A stretch of DNA of 24,000 bases from Acinetobacter sp. YH16052 (GTDB lineage Bacteria > Pseudomonadota > Gammaproteobacteria > Pseudomonadales > Moraxellaceae): contig NZ_VPEO01000002.1 in the NCBI RefSeq assembly GCF_013417155.1, forward strand, positions 106,481 to 130,480, read 5' to 3'. Made by a program: the position numbers and the translations under genes. This document shows, in pieces, positions 1 through 10,105 of the stretch; position 1 is the stretch's first letter; each line of letters begins with the position of its first letter. Below the pieces are notes generated by a model. It ran no database searches. It saw only the letters and a program-made list of their open reading frames with translations, and had not been told where the DNA came from.

Positions 1-30
1 TAAGTGTAAAACCCTTAATCCTTTTCATTA

Positions 31-531
31 TTATTTCCACTCCTTGCTATTTACGCCACAATTCGTACTCGTAACAATCAATGAGTCTTTAGTCATACAC
101 TTTACACCTCTAGAATCCAATAACAGATATTCAGAATTTCTAAGCGCATTACTTTTAGTTTGATTAGGAATGGCGATCATTTTCCAGCCTTGCCCAATTG
201 TAGAGTCTTCTAAAGCCTTAGTTGAATCGTTAATATCAACAATTTTGATTTGATAATCGTAATTATTTGCAGAATCATAAGGAATATTGATCTCACCTTT
301 TATTGAGGTCTGATGTTCAGGAATATATCCTGCGTAACTTAATTGCTTCCCTTTATAATTTTCTAAACGCTCAGCAATCTTCAACATTTCAGATTGTGCT
401 TTAGACTTATTTGCTCGAGCAATATAAACTTCATAACTTGGAATAGCGATAGCTGCAAAAATTGCAACTATCACCACAACAACCATCAATTCAAGCAAAG
501 TGAAGCCTGCAGTATTTTTAATTTTATCCAT
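31..531 (-). CDS. pilE: PilE-like type IV (minor) pilin
   Basis: Class III prepilin signal MDKIKNTAG/FTLLELMVVV with Glu at +5, followed by a hydrophobic alpha1 helix. It is the last gene of the fimU-pilVWXY1 operon. I chose the ATG at 531 (AGGGAAG Shine-Dalgarno just upstream, 11 nt after the pilY1 stop) instead of the longer ORF start at 549. Confidence 0.8.
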   Translation of the reverse strand: MDKIKNTAGFTLLELMVVVVIVAIFAAIAIPSYEVYIARANKSKAQSEMLKIAERLENYKGKQLSYAGYIPEHQTSIKGEINIPYDSANNYDYQIKIVDINDSTKALEDSTIGQGWKMIAIPNQTKSNALRNSEYLLLDSRGVKCMTKDSLIVTSTNCGVNSKEWK

Positions 532-542
532 ACATACTTCCC

Positions 543-3500
543 TTACCACTCAAACCAGCGGACAGGCTTAATCTTACGTGCCTGGCTATATTTATACAGA
601 TTTTGATCTGTTAAAGTTGTATTTGCAGGCTTACAATTTCCGACACAAGATTCTTGTGTCTCCGCAATAGGTCCAACCAACATGGTTGTTCTTGGATCAG
701 TAGAGGAAACAGCACCAAAGGCAGGGCCATTAATACCTTGATAGCTAGTTTTAACATATGCAGCACAGTCACCATATGGCATGCAAATACGGTGAGTCGT
801 AGAAATACCTGCCACACCACCACCACAACCACTTACAGTTCCAGTCAATGTCGCTTTCGGATCATACAGGCTGACATATAAATCACCAGTAATAAGCTGT
901 GAATCTTCAAATGCACGCGCATAATTTCCTGAATCAACTGAACGTAGTTCAAAACTCCAACCACGAAGCATAGTATTACCAGTTGTTAATTTCATATTAG
1001 CGATATCAGCAGCAGAAATTTGCTTAGAAACCGTTTTGCCAAGTATGCCTGAATTAGCCAAATTCGCTGGCAAAATAGTCGCAGCAGATGTAAAACTCGA
1101 GTTTTCCAAACCATTGGCTGCTGCATCACGGTCAATTAAACCGTAGATTTTGTTTTTTCCGCCGACTTCCGCTTCCAAAGGAAAACTGCGATTACCTGAA
1201 CCTGCTGTCACAAGTACAAAGCGGTTTTGCCCATCATCAAAAACTGCCGTAGATAAACGGTCATAGAAACGCGGTACAAATGTTCCATCTTTTAACTTCG
1301 CTATGGTTTGCACACGCACCGCAATATTAGTATTGTCAGTTGCAGACATTTGATTATTGTTATTCAAGTCTACACGGAAAATCTGTCCACCTAAATCTGC
1401 AAAATAAATCATGTCTGCAAGACCATCGGCATCATAATCACGTACCACAGGCTGCCCTACAACACTGTAATTTATATCACTATTAATCGTTTTCTTATAA
1501 CTGTCACTAATTCCTGAGCCATTTGAGCTACTCATCCAGATCAAGTTACCATTTGCAGCATCTACTATATATAAAGCGTTGCCATAAGTTGAGGACGGCT
1601 CTGTAAAAGTAGCCGCTGGTTTTTCATAAACATCAGCATCGTAACCGCCGCCAAAAATTAAGACTTTTTTACGTTCGCCTTTGACACGAATTTCAGCAAT
1701 AGTCGGTTTAGCCCAGATTTGAGCCATACGCTGAAATTCATTTGTTGATGTCGGTTTAATTTGGAATAATAGCTTCGGACTTGCTGGATTAAGTATATCC
1801 AATCCATAAAGCCCACTTCCCCCCATACGTAAACCGCCATAAATATTCATTTTATTGGCAACATATTTTGTGGTTGAAACTGTACCAGACTTAGTAATTT
1901 GCACCTTAAATGTATTGTCCGCTACCCATGGTGCATCTACACCATAAGCTATACCCGACAGGCTACCCACCCCTTTTGAATCTTTACCAGCCAACGTATC
2001 ATATTGATTCGTTATAATTTCTGGCGGAACAAATACCGACTGCTCTTTACCTGTCGAAGCATCCACAATATGCAAGCCGCCATCCATTGACCCATAAACT
2101 GTATATTCTTTACGTGTATCCGCAACATTACTAGAAGTTACTGTTGACTCTTTTGTTACCATGAGCGGCGTTGAATGCACCACCCCACCAAGGAATCTAT
2201 ATGGGCTAGCCGGATTTACTGCGAGCGTATTAATTTCTGTAGAAGTTAAAGTTGTCTGTGTCGCGGCTGCAGGAAATACAGTTTGATAACCCATATAATT
2301 CAACAAAGCTAGGCGCTGGTTAATTGTGTAAGTCCCGCTCAGAGCATCTGTACCAGTAGTATTCGTTGCCAGATTTGTCTTAGTCACTTTTTTTAAAGAA
2401 CTGCCATCTAAGATGTAGACTTTACGCTCACTATCTTTATTGCTGATTGAGTCTGCTTCAGCCAAAGCTGTAGATGGAACAGGAATTTTATTCCATGCAC
2501 CACCACTATTAATTAATGAATGGTCAGAGCCAGAAGCCGCGGTAGACCATAAATCTTTTGCAGATGAGTTAATAACCTGCTGATTGTTTTCAACTTTATA
2601 AATTGCATTATTACTGCTGTCTTTCAGCGTACCGTCAAGAATTTTATATTTCTTTAAATTCCCAGCCCATGTACGAAAGGTAGAATCTTCCATAGGCATA
2701 ATCATTGGGAAAAAACCTTCAGTCATAGATTTTGTCTGATCTAAAGGATCACGCGGTACAGATATGGAACCTAGGCTAGATGGGGTGAAACTAACTTCTA
2801 CATCCGATACAAATTTAATAATACTGTTTTTAATGTCATCCGCATTTTCGGCATAGTAGAAACCTCCGTCTCCATATTCAGCTCCGCCCCATTTACATGC
2901 ATTGTATGCATCTGGGTTATAATTTGATTTTGTAGGATCATTCACCGCTTCGCAGTTATAACTACCATCTCCATTTTCTGGAATACCGGCGAAAGAAGAA
3001 CCAAAACCAACCACTGCAGTTTTAATTTTCATATTGGCAGGGTTTTTGGTTGGGTCAAGAATCTTTTTTGAGTATGCCCCAATATATTCCCAACCTCCTG
3101 TTTCACCCGAAAATAGGTTAGATTTTAAAGCAGGGGAAACCAATACACTCCCGGTTGGTTTTGCAGAAAAACCATACGTTCCTGCTGGACTACCAGAGGC
3201 TAGAGTGGTGGTGAGCGTGTCATTCATAATCGCTCTTGCCATACTGTCTTTAGTCGAGTTAGGTGCACCATCGGTTAAGAAGTAAATACCGTTACCATTA
3301 CAACTACCCTCTGAACCACCTATATTGTATTTTGTGCCTGCTGCATTTTTGGTATCATTAGCGGAATAGGAAATACCACCACTTAAATTGTCAGTATAGG
3401 GGTTGCCAGAAGCCGTAAGAGCCGATTCCGTCAAAGCAAAAGGGTTAGTTCGGTAAGTCACTAAGTTACGAAAATCAGTATTTTGATCCCACGCTGCAGC

Positions 3501-4859
3501 AGCAACAGGCTCAATATCCATAGGTAGATTATCTACTTTCATCCAGCCGCCATAACGCCAACCCGATGGAAATTTTGAATATAACTGCCAATTATCATCT
3601 ACGGTGCCCATTCTAGTGATAAACTCTGTTTTAGCTACCGAATTATCCTTAATTCGAATCCAGCCCCCGTTACCATTAGGCTTATAAACATTATCAATCG
3701 TATCATTATGTACAGCTTTTCCATTACGGTACGGCCAAGAATTGATACATTGCTTAACATTATTGGTCCCCCCCAAGGCGTTCGTTGGCGTGGTCCCCAA
3801 TTCAACACAAATAAAATACGCTTGATCATCTTGATCACTAGTACTAGTTCTTCGTCTTAGTTGAGTTGCACCATCATATACATAATTAATATAATTGGTG
3901 GACAGACTGTTTGGGCGAGTTTGAGTTCCCATCATATAAGCAGCAGCTTCAGCATAAGCATGTGCAGTTGGGGTTCCGCTGGATGCTTTCTTAATGTCTT
4001 GCGGTGGATTTTTTGATGAGTAACGTTGTTTACTGGCAGTAAAGTTTTGAGTTTTACCGGATCCTACGTTATCTGTCACACTCTCAGTGTCAGCGTTAGA
4101 ACCATCTTGTTTTGTTTTTGTATCTAAAGACTGAAACTGGGCAATCGCCTGAATGAGCCTTAATCGATGTGCTCTCCCAACCGCATCCTTAGTCAGGGCT
4201 ACGTTTGGTACGAGAATATTACCTGAGTGCCCATCGACAAATTGAACATTACTACTCGCCGAACCCACTTTAAGTGAGGTTTGGGTAGAAAAGTGTCCCA
4301 AACCAATACTCACATCCGATAAGCTATCTTCATCTGCCAACAAGGTAATAATGGCATCTTTCAAGCGAGATAAACGGTCAAACTTACCTGTATTGCTTTC
4401 CACTAAATTACCATTACTATCGACTGTCGCTGTTCCACAACCACGCACATAGTAAGGTACAGTGGTACCGTTTACGATGACTGCTTTATAAAATGAGGTT
4501 TTAGTCCTTGTAGGGTTGGTAATCAAGGTGCCATTTACCCTCACTTGAGTACGGGTATCTATCGCATCATATTGGTACTCACGCATATTCCCCGCTTTAT
4601 TCCCACCAGACTCATGTACTTCCTGTTGAGCACATAAGGTACTATCCACATCCCCAGGGCTACCATAAGCATTATTTTTCGGCAGTACTAGAGAACTAAT
4701 CCCCATACTTCCTGATGTATCCAGCATTAACAGAATAGACGTTTTTCCAGTCGTATTTCCTCTATACAGGCTCAAGTCACTTGCAAGGACTGCTGTACTT
4801 GTTGGTACCGCCATCACTGGAAGCAAGGCCATCATTATTACAAGGGGTTTTAATCTCAT
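543..4859 (-). CDS. pilY1: PilY1-family type IV pilus tip adhesin / biogenesis factor (1438 aa)
   Basis: The protein has a signal peptide and an N-terminal vWA-like MIDAS motif LLMLDTSGSMG (nt 4701-4721). Its C-terminal region carries an EF-hand-like loop DYDADGLAD (nt 1413-1439) followed by IYFADLGGQIFRVD, as in the PilY1/PilC beta-propeller. It sits between pilX and pilE, and GGGAGAAGAG precedes the ATG. Confidence 0.9.
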   Translation of the reverse strand: MRLKPLVIMMALLPVMAVPTSTAVLASDLSLYRGNTTGKTSILLMLDTSGSMGISSLVLPKNNAYGSPGDVDSTLCAQQEVHESGGNKAGNMREYQYDAIDTRTQVRVNGTLITNPTRTKTSFYKAVIVNGTTVPYYVRGCGTATVDSNGNLVESNTGKFDRLSRLKDAIITLLADEDSLSDVSIGLGHFSTQTSLKVGSASSNVQFVDGHSGNILVPNVALTKDAVGRAHRLRLIQAIAQFQSLDTKTKQDGSNADTESVTDNVGSGKTQNFTASKQRYSSKNPPQDIKKASSGTPTAHAYAEAAAYMMGTQTRPNSLSTNYINYVYDGATQLRRRTSTSDQDDQAYFICVELGTTPTNALGGTNNVKQCINSWPYRNGKAVHNDTIDNVYKPNGNGGWIRIKDNSVAKTEFITRMGTVDDNWQLYSKFPSGWRYGGWMKVDNLPMDIEPVAAAAWDQNTDFRNLVTYRTNPFALTESALTASGNPYTDNLSGGISYSANDTKNAAGTKYNIGGSEGSCNGNGIYFLTDGAPNSTKDSMARAIMNDTLTTTLASGSPAGTYGFSAKPTGSVLVSPALKSNLFSGETGGWEYIGAYSKKILDPTKNPANMKIKTAVVGFGSSFAGIPENGDGSYNCEAVNDPTKSNYNPDAYNACKWGGAEYGDGGFYYAENADDIKNSIIKFVSDVEVSFTPSSLGSISVPRDPLDQTKSMTEGFFPMIMPMEDSTFRTWAGNLKKYKILDGTLKDSSNNAIYKVENNQQVINSSAKDLWSTAASGSDHSLINSGGAWNKIPVPSTALAEADSISNKDSERKVYILDGSSLKKVTKTNLATNTTGTDALSGTYTINQRLALLNYMGYQTVFPAAATQTTLTSTEINTLAVNPASPYRFLGGVVHSTPLMVTKESTVTSSNVADTRKEYTVYGSMDGGLHIVDASTGKEQSVFVPPEIITNQYDTLAGKDSKGVGSLSGIAYGVDAPWVADNTFKVQITKSGTVSTTKYVANKMNIYGGLRMGGSGLYGLDILNPASPKLLFQIKPTSTNEFQRMAQIWAKPTIAEIRVKGERKKVLIFGGGYDADVYEKPAATFTEPSSTYGNALYIVDAANGNLIWMSSSNGSGISDSYKKTINSDINYSVVGQPVVRDYDADGLADMIYFADLGGQIFRVDLNNNNQMSATDNTNIAVRVQTIAKLKDGTFVPRFYDRLSTAVFDDGQNRFVLVTAGSGNRSFPLEAEVGGKNKIYGLIDRDAAANGLENSSFTSAATILPANLANSGILGKTVSKQISAADIANMKLTTGNTMLRGWSFELRSVDSGNYARAFEDSQLITGDLYVSLYDPKATLTGTVSGCGGGVAGISTTHRICMPYGDCAAYVKTSYQGINGPAFGAVSSTDPRTTMLVGPIAETQESCVGNCKPANTTLTDQNLYKYSQARKIKPVRWFEW

Positions 4860-4884
4860 TTCTCTTCTCCCAATCTTCCAGTGC

Positions 4885-5694
4885 TTAATTTTTTGCTTCG
4901 GTTAAACGGACTACATATTCTGCAACTTGCGTATTCAGCGGTACACCCAGCTGATTTAAACATTCATGCAAGGTTTCAACCTTAACTTGGCCTACAGAAC
5001 TATTTGCACGATTCTTCAATAGCAAATCATCCATTACACGCCCTCTCAAACATGTATTCATATCCGACAAAGTTACAGACGGCGCCATAGCAGGAGCAAA
5101 CGATGTTGCAACCACACGAATACGCTTAGTATCTACATCCGCTTTTAAATCTGTATTTTTATTGGTTAATTCAAATTTGCGCATTTCCACTGCTGGATCA
5201 TCTGGATTAACAACAGAAACCTGCGTCACAATTGCTTTACGGCTGATAGAAAACATTGTTGCTGGATTACAAACCGCATCAATATCTCCAGAAAGCGCAG
5301 CGCTTACACCTGTAGCGGCAGTCGCCGAAGCACGCTCAATAATTCGAAAGTCGCCAAGATTAAAGAACATGTTATTTTTAGCCGCACTGCTTTCTATTTC
5401 TGTTGGTTTAAAACAAAACTGCAGCTCCTTACCTTGGTTGCCATCTAATAAAACTTGTCCAATTGGTGTACCCGCTAAATTCGTGCTTTCATTGGCATTA
5501 AAGTTTTTTTCTAAATGATCCAATGCCACGTCAGAAGTTTGCATTAATAAGGTTTGTACCTGAGCATTTGTCGCGAGCTTTAAGCTAAAAATACTGTTGC
5601 GGATAGCATACAAGCCAACAACAGTAATCAATATCAACAAAATCAATACTGTAATAAGGGTTACACCCTGCTGGTGTTTAGAATGATTTATCAT
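4885..5694 (-). CDS. pilX: PilX-like minor pilin
   Basis: The N-terminus QQGVTLITVLILLILITVVGLYAIRNS has PilX_N-type hydrophobicity. The gene lies between pilW and pilY1, and its ATG overlaps the pilW TAA by 1 nt (TAATG). Confidence 0.7.
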   Translation of the reverse strand: MINHSKHQQGVTLITVLILLILITVVGLYAIRNSIFSLKLATNAQVQTLLMQTSDVALDHLEKNFNANESTNLAGTPIGQVLLDGNQGKELQFCFKPTEIESSAAKNNMFFNLGDFRIIERASATAATGVSAALSGDIDAVCNPATMFSISRKAIVTQVSVVNPDDPAVEMRKFELTNKNTDLKADVDTKRIRVVATSFAPAMAPSVTLSDMNTCLRGRVMDDLLLKNRANSSVGQVKVETLHECLNQLGVPLNTQVAEYVVRLTEAKN

Positions 5695-6665
5695 TAAATA
5701 TCCCCCAATCCACCATTACGGATTGCAATTGTTGTGGTGTAAACCTGACGCATGTAACCGTCTTTTGTCGCAGAAATCGCCTGATCTAAAACTTTGAATT
5801 CTGTTTTTTCAGCCATTGCGACCTTTTCTGAAGAACGTACAAGCCAGCCTAAATTCACACCAATTACCGCTGGGCGCGGCAATGTCGTAATTGCTTTATA
5901 GTCATTCACACCTAAAGTACGTGTAGTACCATTGGTATTACGAACAACCAATTGCACTCGCATATACTCAATATTTTTTGCAATAATTTCGCCAGCATTT
6001 GCTGCATAATTTGCTGTCAGTGTATTTACAGCATTAATAGTTTGAGACTCATAAGTTTGTGGAACAGTTTCTCCATCTGCAAGAAACATACTTGAGGAGC
6101 AATTCAAGTTTGCTTCACTTTTAGAACTATCCTTACTAATGTAATAACGCTCAATGACATACCAGCCTTTGGCATAAGTTGTACTTGTTTTTATTGGCCC
6201 TCGTACTTTTTTACCATCACATGTAAAAGTATCCATAGGTGCTTGATACATAATGACCAGCTGATCACTTTTTGGATAAGTATTAAATGCGCTGTCATTA
6301 TTTACACTTGCTGACAATAAATTATCGCCAGACAGTAATGCTGTGCCAATTTTCAAACCTTTTAAATTACCATCTGCCGGAGGGGTAGCAGTACTGCTTG
6401 TTTGATTGCTTAATACAATACCGCCATACAATGACGCATCATTAATAATTCCAGCATTGCCGTGGTTCGCCAAACGAATATTCTTCGTGACGTAGTTGAT
6501 CCCAAATAAACCACTATCTTGCAAAGATGCGGCCGAGGATTGAATCCGATAGTTTTGCTGCCCACTTATAAGCATTTGAATTGCTACGGCCACCAAGATC
6601 AGACCGAGTGTAATCGCAACCATTAATTCAATAAGCGTGAAACCTGCCTGTTTAAACACTTTCAT
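5694..6665 (-). CDS. pilW: PilW-like minor pilin
   Basis: Prepilin signal [22 protein letters not shown] chose the ATG at 6665, which overlaps the pilV TAA by 1 nt, over the ORF-track start at 6689. Confidence 0.8.
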   Translation of the reverse strand: MKVFKQAGFTLIELMVAITLGLILVAVAIQMLISGQQNYRIQSSAASLQDSGLFGINYVTKNIRLANHGNAGIINDASLYGGIVLSNQTSSTATPPADGNLKGLKIGTALLSGDNLLSASVNNDSAFNTYPKSDQLVIMYQAPMDTFTCDGKKVRGPIKTSTTYAKGWYVIERYYISKDSSKSEANLNCSSSMFLADGETVPQTYESQTINAVNTLTANYAANAGEIIAKNIEYMRVQLVVRNTNGTTRTLGVNDYKAITTLPRPAVIGVNLGWLVRSSEKVAMAEKTEFKVLDQAISATKDGYMRQVYTTTIAIRNGGLGDI

Positions 6666-7174
6666 TAATATGCCTCCAGCACCAAGCAACTAGAATCATC
6701 TGCATATTTTCCATCTGTTTTTAAACATGCATTTTGAACTGCGGGAGCATCTGGAGTAGCTTTAGCATCAGTAATTGGCTGAGTTTCCCCCCAAGCCGCG
6801 ATTAAACATAATCGCTCCTGACTTGCCGAAGTATTTAAACAATTAATTACCCCAACTTCCATCCCTTTTGATACCGCAACATCACTGTATTGTTTTAAGT
6901 CATAAAGCGCCTGATTCACGGCATTGCAGCCACTATCACAATTAGGCAACGCACTTGGAATAGCGGCCTTGTAATTACCTGTCGGATTTAATCTTACTTT
7001 TTCTGCAAGCCCATTCAGCAAAATAAGCGCATCAGCCCTTTTAATCGATTCTTCAGTCGCAGCCGTAGCTCTAACTTGCAGCGCAGCATAGCCTAAAATT
7101 GCTATAGCAAGAATCAGCATCGCAACTAAAACCTCCATCAACCCAACGCCTTTTTGGCTGGAAACACTTATCAT
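6665..7174 (-). CDS. pilV: PilV-like minor pilin
   Basis: Prepilin-like N-terminus SSQKG/VGLMEVLVAMLILAI with Glu at +5. The ATG at 7174 forms an ATGA overlap with the fimU TGA. The ORF-track start at 7180 is a TTG. Confidence 0.8.
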   Translation of the reverse strand: MISVSSQKGVGLMEVLVAMLILAIAILGYAALQVRATAATEESIKRADALILLNGLAEKVRLNPTGNYKAAIPSALPNCDSGCNAVNQALYDLKQYSDVAVSKGMEVGVINCLNTSASQERLCLIAAWGETQPITDAKATPDAPAVQNACLKTDGKYADDSSCLVLEAY

Positions 7175-7662
7175 GAGCAAGCTCCTCCTTGTGCAATTTC
7201 AACTGTTCCAGGAATACCAACTGTTAATACATATGACCCAGCAGAAGAACAAAAAGTAATTGTTTTGGAAGCACTTAAATTTCCCCGAGCCGAAAAAACA
7301 AAACTATCATCTGAAGTGCTTTTTAAATTTATTTTTTTCTCAACATTTACAATAAGAACGCTATCTTTTTTAAGGGAAGTTGTCATGCTGGTTGAATAAT
7401 TTGTTAATGCTGCCCCACATCCAGCTTCTGTTACCGCAACAGCTGACTTATTTATTGAAGTACAAACCACAGTTTCATTTCGATTCAACATGGCGCGGCT
7501 TCTAGCTTCTTTTAATGTATCCCTCATGTTATAAGCTGTTGTTTTAAGATTTTGCTTAATTATCAAATTCCCAAAAGAAGGCGCCGCCATCATCGCCACA
7601 ATCGCCAGCACCGCAATGGTGACCATCAATTCAATTAAGGTAAATCCCTGACTTTTTCGCAT
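7171..7662 (-). CDS. fimU: GspH/FimU-family minor pilin, first gene of the minor-pilin operon
   Basis: Prepilin signal [22 protein letters not shown]. The size (163 aa) and first position in the operon match fimU of the fimU-pilVWXY1E arrangement. GGGGGAGAG precedes the ATG. I saw no C-terminal GRxR-type motif of the kind described for DNA-binding FimT. Confidence 0.7.
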   Translation of the reverse strand: MRKSQGFTLIELMVTIAVLAIVAMMAAPSFGNLIIKQNLKTTAYNMRDTLKEARSRAMLNRNETVVCTSINKSAVAVTEAGCGAALTNYSTSMTTSLKKDSVLIVNVEKKINLKSTSDDSFVFSARGNLSASKTITFCSSAGSYVLTVGIPGTVEIAQGGACS

Positions 7663-7746
7663 GCTCTCCCCCTAGGCAAAAATGTTGGCCCAGTTAAAAT
7701 CATACTTATTAAAGTTACAAAACCCACACAGAACAGATAAAAGGCA

Positions 7747-7790
7747 TAAAAAAGCAGATAACCGTCATACAAGGGTTATCTGCCTCTTTT
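7747..7790 (-). terminator. Rho-independent terminator downstream of ispH
   Basis: On the minus strand, GCAGATAACC / GGTTATCTGC forms a 10-bp stem (7754-7763 and 7774-7783) followed by a T-run. Confidence 0.75.
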
Positions 7791-7824
7791 TAATCATTTT
7801 TTAAAGTGTTATGTACTTCGCAGT

Positions 7825-8775
7825 TTAAGCTTGTGTTACAGGAATACGTAACTCTTTGGGCAAACTAAAGGTAATGTTTTCTTCACGGCCTGCCAGCTCT
7901 TCAGGTGCAGTTGCCCCCCAGTCCTGCAAACGGTGAATCACTTGTTTAATTAAAATTTCTGGAGCAGAGGCGCCTGCAGTTACACCAATCTTTGTATTCG
8001 GTTGAAACCATGCTTGCTCCAACTCGTCTGCATTATCCACCAAGTAGGCGCGTTTCCCCATACGTTCAGCCAACTCTCGCAAACGGTTAGAATTAGATGA
8101 ATTTGGCGAACCCACCACCAACACCACATCACATTGATTGGCCAAGTCACGCACTGCATCCTGACGGTTTTGAGTAGCATAACAAATATCGTCTTTACGT
8201 GGCCCTTGAATATTCGGATATTTTTGGCGCAAGGCATCAATCACTTTGGCAGTATCATCAATCGACAAAGTAGTTTGTGTCACAAAAGCCACTTTATCTG
8301 GATGCTGAACCGCAAGTGCAGCCACATCATCTTCATCTTCTACCAAATAAATTTCGCCGCCATTTTTCTTGTCGTACTGACCCATCGTCCCTTCAACTTC
8401 GGGGTGTCCTTCGTGACCAATTAAAATCGCCTCTGTGCCTTCACGCGCATATTTGGTGACTTCAATATGTACTTTGGTGACCAACGGACAAGTCGCATCA
8501 AATACTTTTAAGCCGCGACGCTCCGCTTCTTGCTGCACCGCTTTAGATACGCCATGCGCACTAAAAATCACGATATTGTCATCTGGCACTTCATCTAGCT
8601 CATCGACAAAAATTGCACCGCGTTGGCGTAAGTCATCTACCACAAATTTATTATGTACCACTTCGTGACGTACATATATAGGGGGGTTAAAACACTCAAG
8701 GGCACGATTTACAATCGCAATTGCTCGGTCTACACCTGCACAAAAACCACGTGGATTCGCCAATACAATTTCCAT
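7825..8775 (-). CDS. ispH: 4-hydroxy-3-methylbut-2-enyl diphosphate reductase
   Basis: The full-length 316-aa protein starts [19 protein letters not shown] and contains HEVVHN and SAHGV, typical of IspH/LytB. Confidence 0.97.
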   Translation of the reverse strand: MEIVLANPRGFCAGVDRAIAIVNRALECFNPPIYVRHEVVHNKFVVDDLRQRGAIFVDELDEVPDDNIVIFSAHGVSKAVQQEAERRGLKVFDATCPLVTKVHIEVTKYAREGTEAILIGHEGHPEVEGTMGQYDKKNGGEIYLVEDEDDVAALAVQHPDKVAFVTQTTLSIDDTAKVIDALRQKYPNIQGPRKDDICYATQNRQDAVRDLANQCDVVLVVGSPNSSNSNRLRELAERMGKRAYLVDNADELEQAWFQPNTKIGVTAGASAPEILIKQVIHRLQDWGATAPEELAGREENITFSLPKELRIPVTQA

Positions 8776-8909
8776 AGAACCCTCTATGTTGAAGTTAAAT
8801 AGGTCGGATGTTTAAAAAATTATGCCAACAAAAGCCATCTTGGCTATTTTGTTTAAGGGGCGTCTACTCTAAAATAGAGAAGATATTTTATCATATCAGG
8901 AAAAATATC

Positions 8910-9533
8910 ATGTCGGGTCTATTGTTTGTCGTTTCTGCCGCTTCAGGAACAGGCAAAACATCCCTTGTTAAAGCCCTGCTTGAGCGTGTGAATAATTTAC
9001 ACGTTTCAGTCTCTCACACAACACGTGGTCAGCGTCCCGGCGAACTCGATGGTGTGCATTATCACTTCACACAAAAACAAGATTTTATCGACTTGGTAGA
9101 ACAAGGCGGTTTTATTGAGTATGCAGAAGTATTTGGCAATTATTACGGCACCGCGCAAGCAACAGTTAAAGAGCAGTTAGCCAAAGGTCACGATGTATTG
9201 CTTGAAATTGACTGGCAAGGTGCTCAACAAGTACGCAATCTTTTTCCTGAATCGAAGCAAATTTTTATTCTTCCACCAAGCCAGTTTGATTTACGTGAGC
9301 GCTTGTCTAACCGTGGCACCGATACAGTCGATGTGATTGAGCATCGTTTGGGCTGCGCAGTTGAAGACATGCAGCAATATGTCAATTTTGACTATGTAAT
9401 TATTAATGATGACTTTAATAAAGCCCTGCACGATTTAGAAGCAGTGATTATTGCCAACCGTTTGGTGACGGCGCAGCAGGCACATCGTCATCAAGCCTTG
9501 ATTGAAAAGTTAATTAGCCCGCCAAGCGCGTGA
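8910..9533 (+). CDS. gmk: Guanylate kinase
   Basis: P-loop SAASGTGKTS plus the TTRGQRPGE and HYHF motifs. I chose the ATG at 8910 (AGGA upstream). The 34-codon upstream extension in the ORF track has no kinase-like sequence. Confidence 0.95.
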   Translation: MSGLLFVVSAASGTGKTSLVKALLERVNNLHVSVSHTTRGQRPGELDGVHYHFTQKQDFIDLVEQGGFIEYAEVFGNYYGTAQATVKEQLAKGHDVLLEIDWQGAQQVRNLFPESKQIFILPPSQFDLRERLSNRGTDTVDVIEHRLGCAVEDMQQYVNFDYVIINDDFNKALHDLEAVIIANRLVTAQQAHRHQALIEKLISPPSA

Positions 9534-9609
9534 TTAAAACTTGAGTCTATAAGCAAAGCACCTTATACTGCACAGTCTGTTTAAATTTATTATTCGAACG
9601 AGAATTCTT

Positions 9610-9891
9610 ATGGCACGCGTTACCGTTGAAGATTGTTTAGACCATGTAGACAACCGCTTTGAGCTTGTACTAGTGGCAAGCAAGCGCGCGCGTCAATTGG
9701 CACGTCAAGGCATAGAACCTACCGTTGAGTGGGACAATGACAAACCTACCGTTGTTGCTTTACGTGAAATTGCAGAAGGTCACGTTTCTAAAGATATTTT
9801 GAAACAACGTGATCAAGACTATCAAACTTCGAGTCTTGACCTTGCACTTTCTGCAAATAATTTGAATTTAGATGGTTTTTCTTTCCAATAA
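9610..9891 (+). CDS. rpoZ: DNA-directed RNA polymerase subunit omega
   Basis: [30 protein letters not shown] is the canonical RpoZ N-terminus. Confidence 0.97.
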   Translation: MARVTVEDCLDHVDNRFELVLVASKRARQLARQGIEPTVEWDNDKPTVVALREIAEGHVSKDILKQRDQDYQTSSLDLALSANNLNLDGFSFQ

Positions 9892-9904
9892 GAGATCGTC
9901 ACTG

Positions 9905-9936
9905 AAAAAGCCTAGTTTTAAACTAGGCTTTTTTTG
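9905..9936 (+). terminator. Rho-independent terminator after rpoZ
   Basis: AGCCTAGTTT / AAACTAGGCT stem with a 2-nt loop, followed by TTTTTTT. Confidence 0.8.
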
Positions 9937-10105
9937 TTATGTGACTTTTATATTTATGCCAGAACGGTTATAACATAAGGGTTAGCCATGCAACTTGAAT
10001 CGGCTTGATCCTGGTTAAAGTAAAAGACAAGCAAGCGATACAATTTGCATTTGATCAAAGCTTTCATGGTTTTATTTGTAAGAATTTCAGTTTTAAAGGT
10101 GTTTT

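Noticed and set aside
611-3838. Several 60-83-aa ORFs nested within or antisense to pilY1 (611-832, 654-881, 1658-1840, 3034-3285, 3635-3838)
   Set aside because: All lie fully inside the 1438-aa pilY1 reading frame region. They have low-complexity or Cys/Trp-rich translations typical of off-frame noise, and no ribosome-binding sites.
8808-8909. Upstream extension of gmk ([34 protein letters not shown])
   Set aside because: The extension has no kinase homology and would consume the divergent ispH-gmk promoter region. The internal ATG at 8910 has a Shine-Dalgarno and gives the normal Gmk N-terminus just before the P-loop.
9937-10105. Possible small RNA or leader in the 170-bp gap between the rpoZ terminator and spoT
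   Set aside because: I found only weak, short inverted repeats (TTATGT...ACATAA), no terminator-like 3' end, and no conserved motif I recognise. The evidence is insufficient for a feature call.
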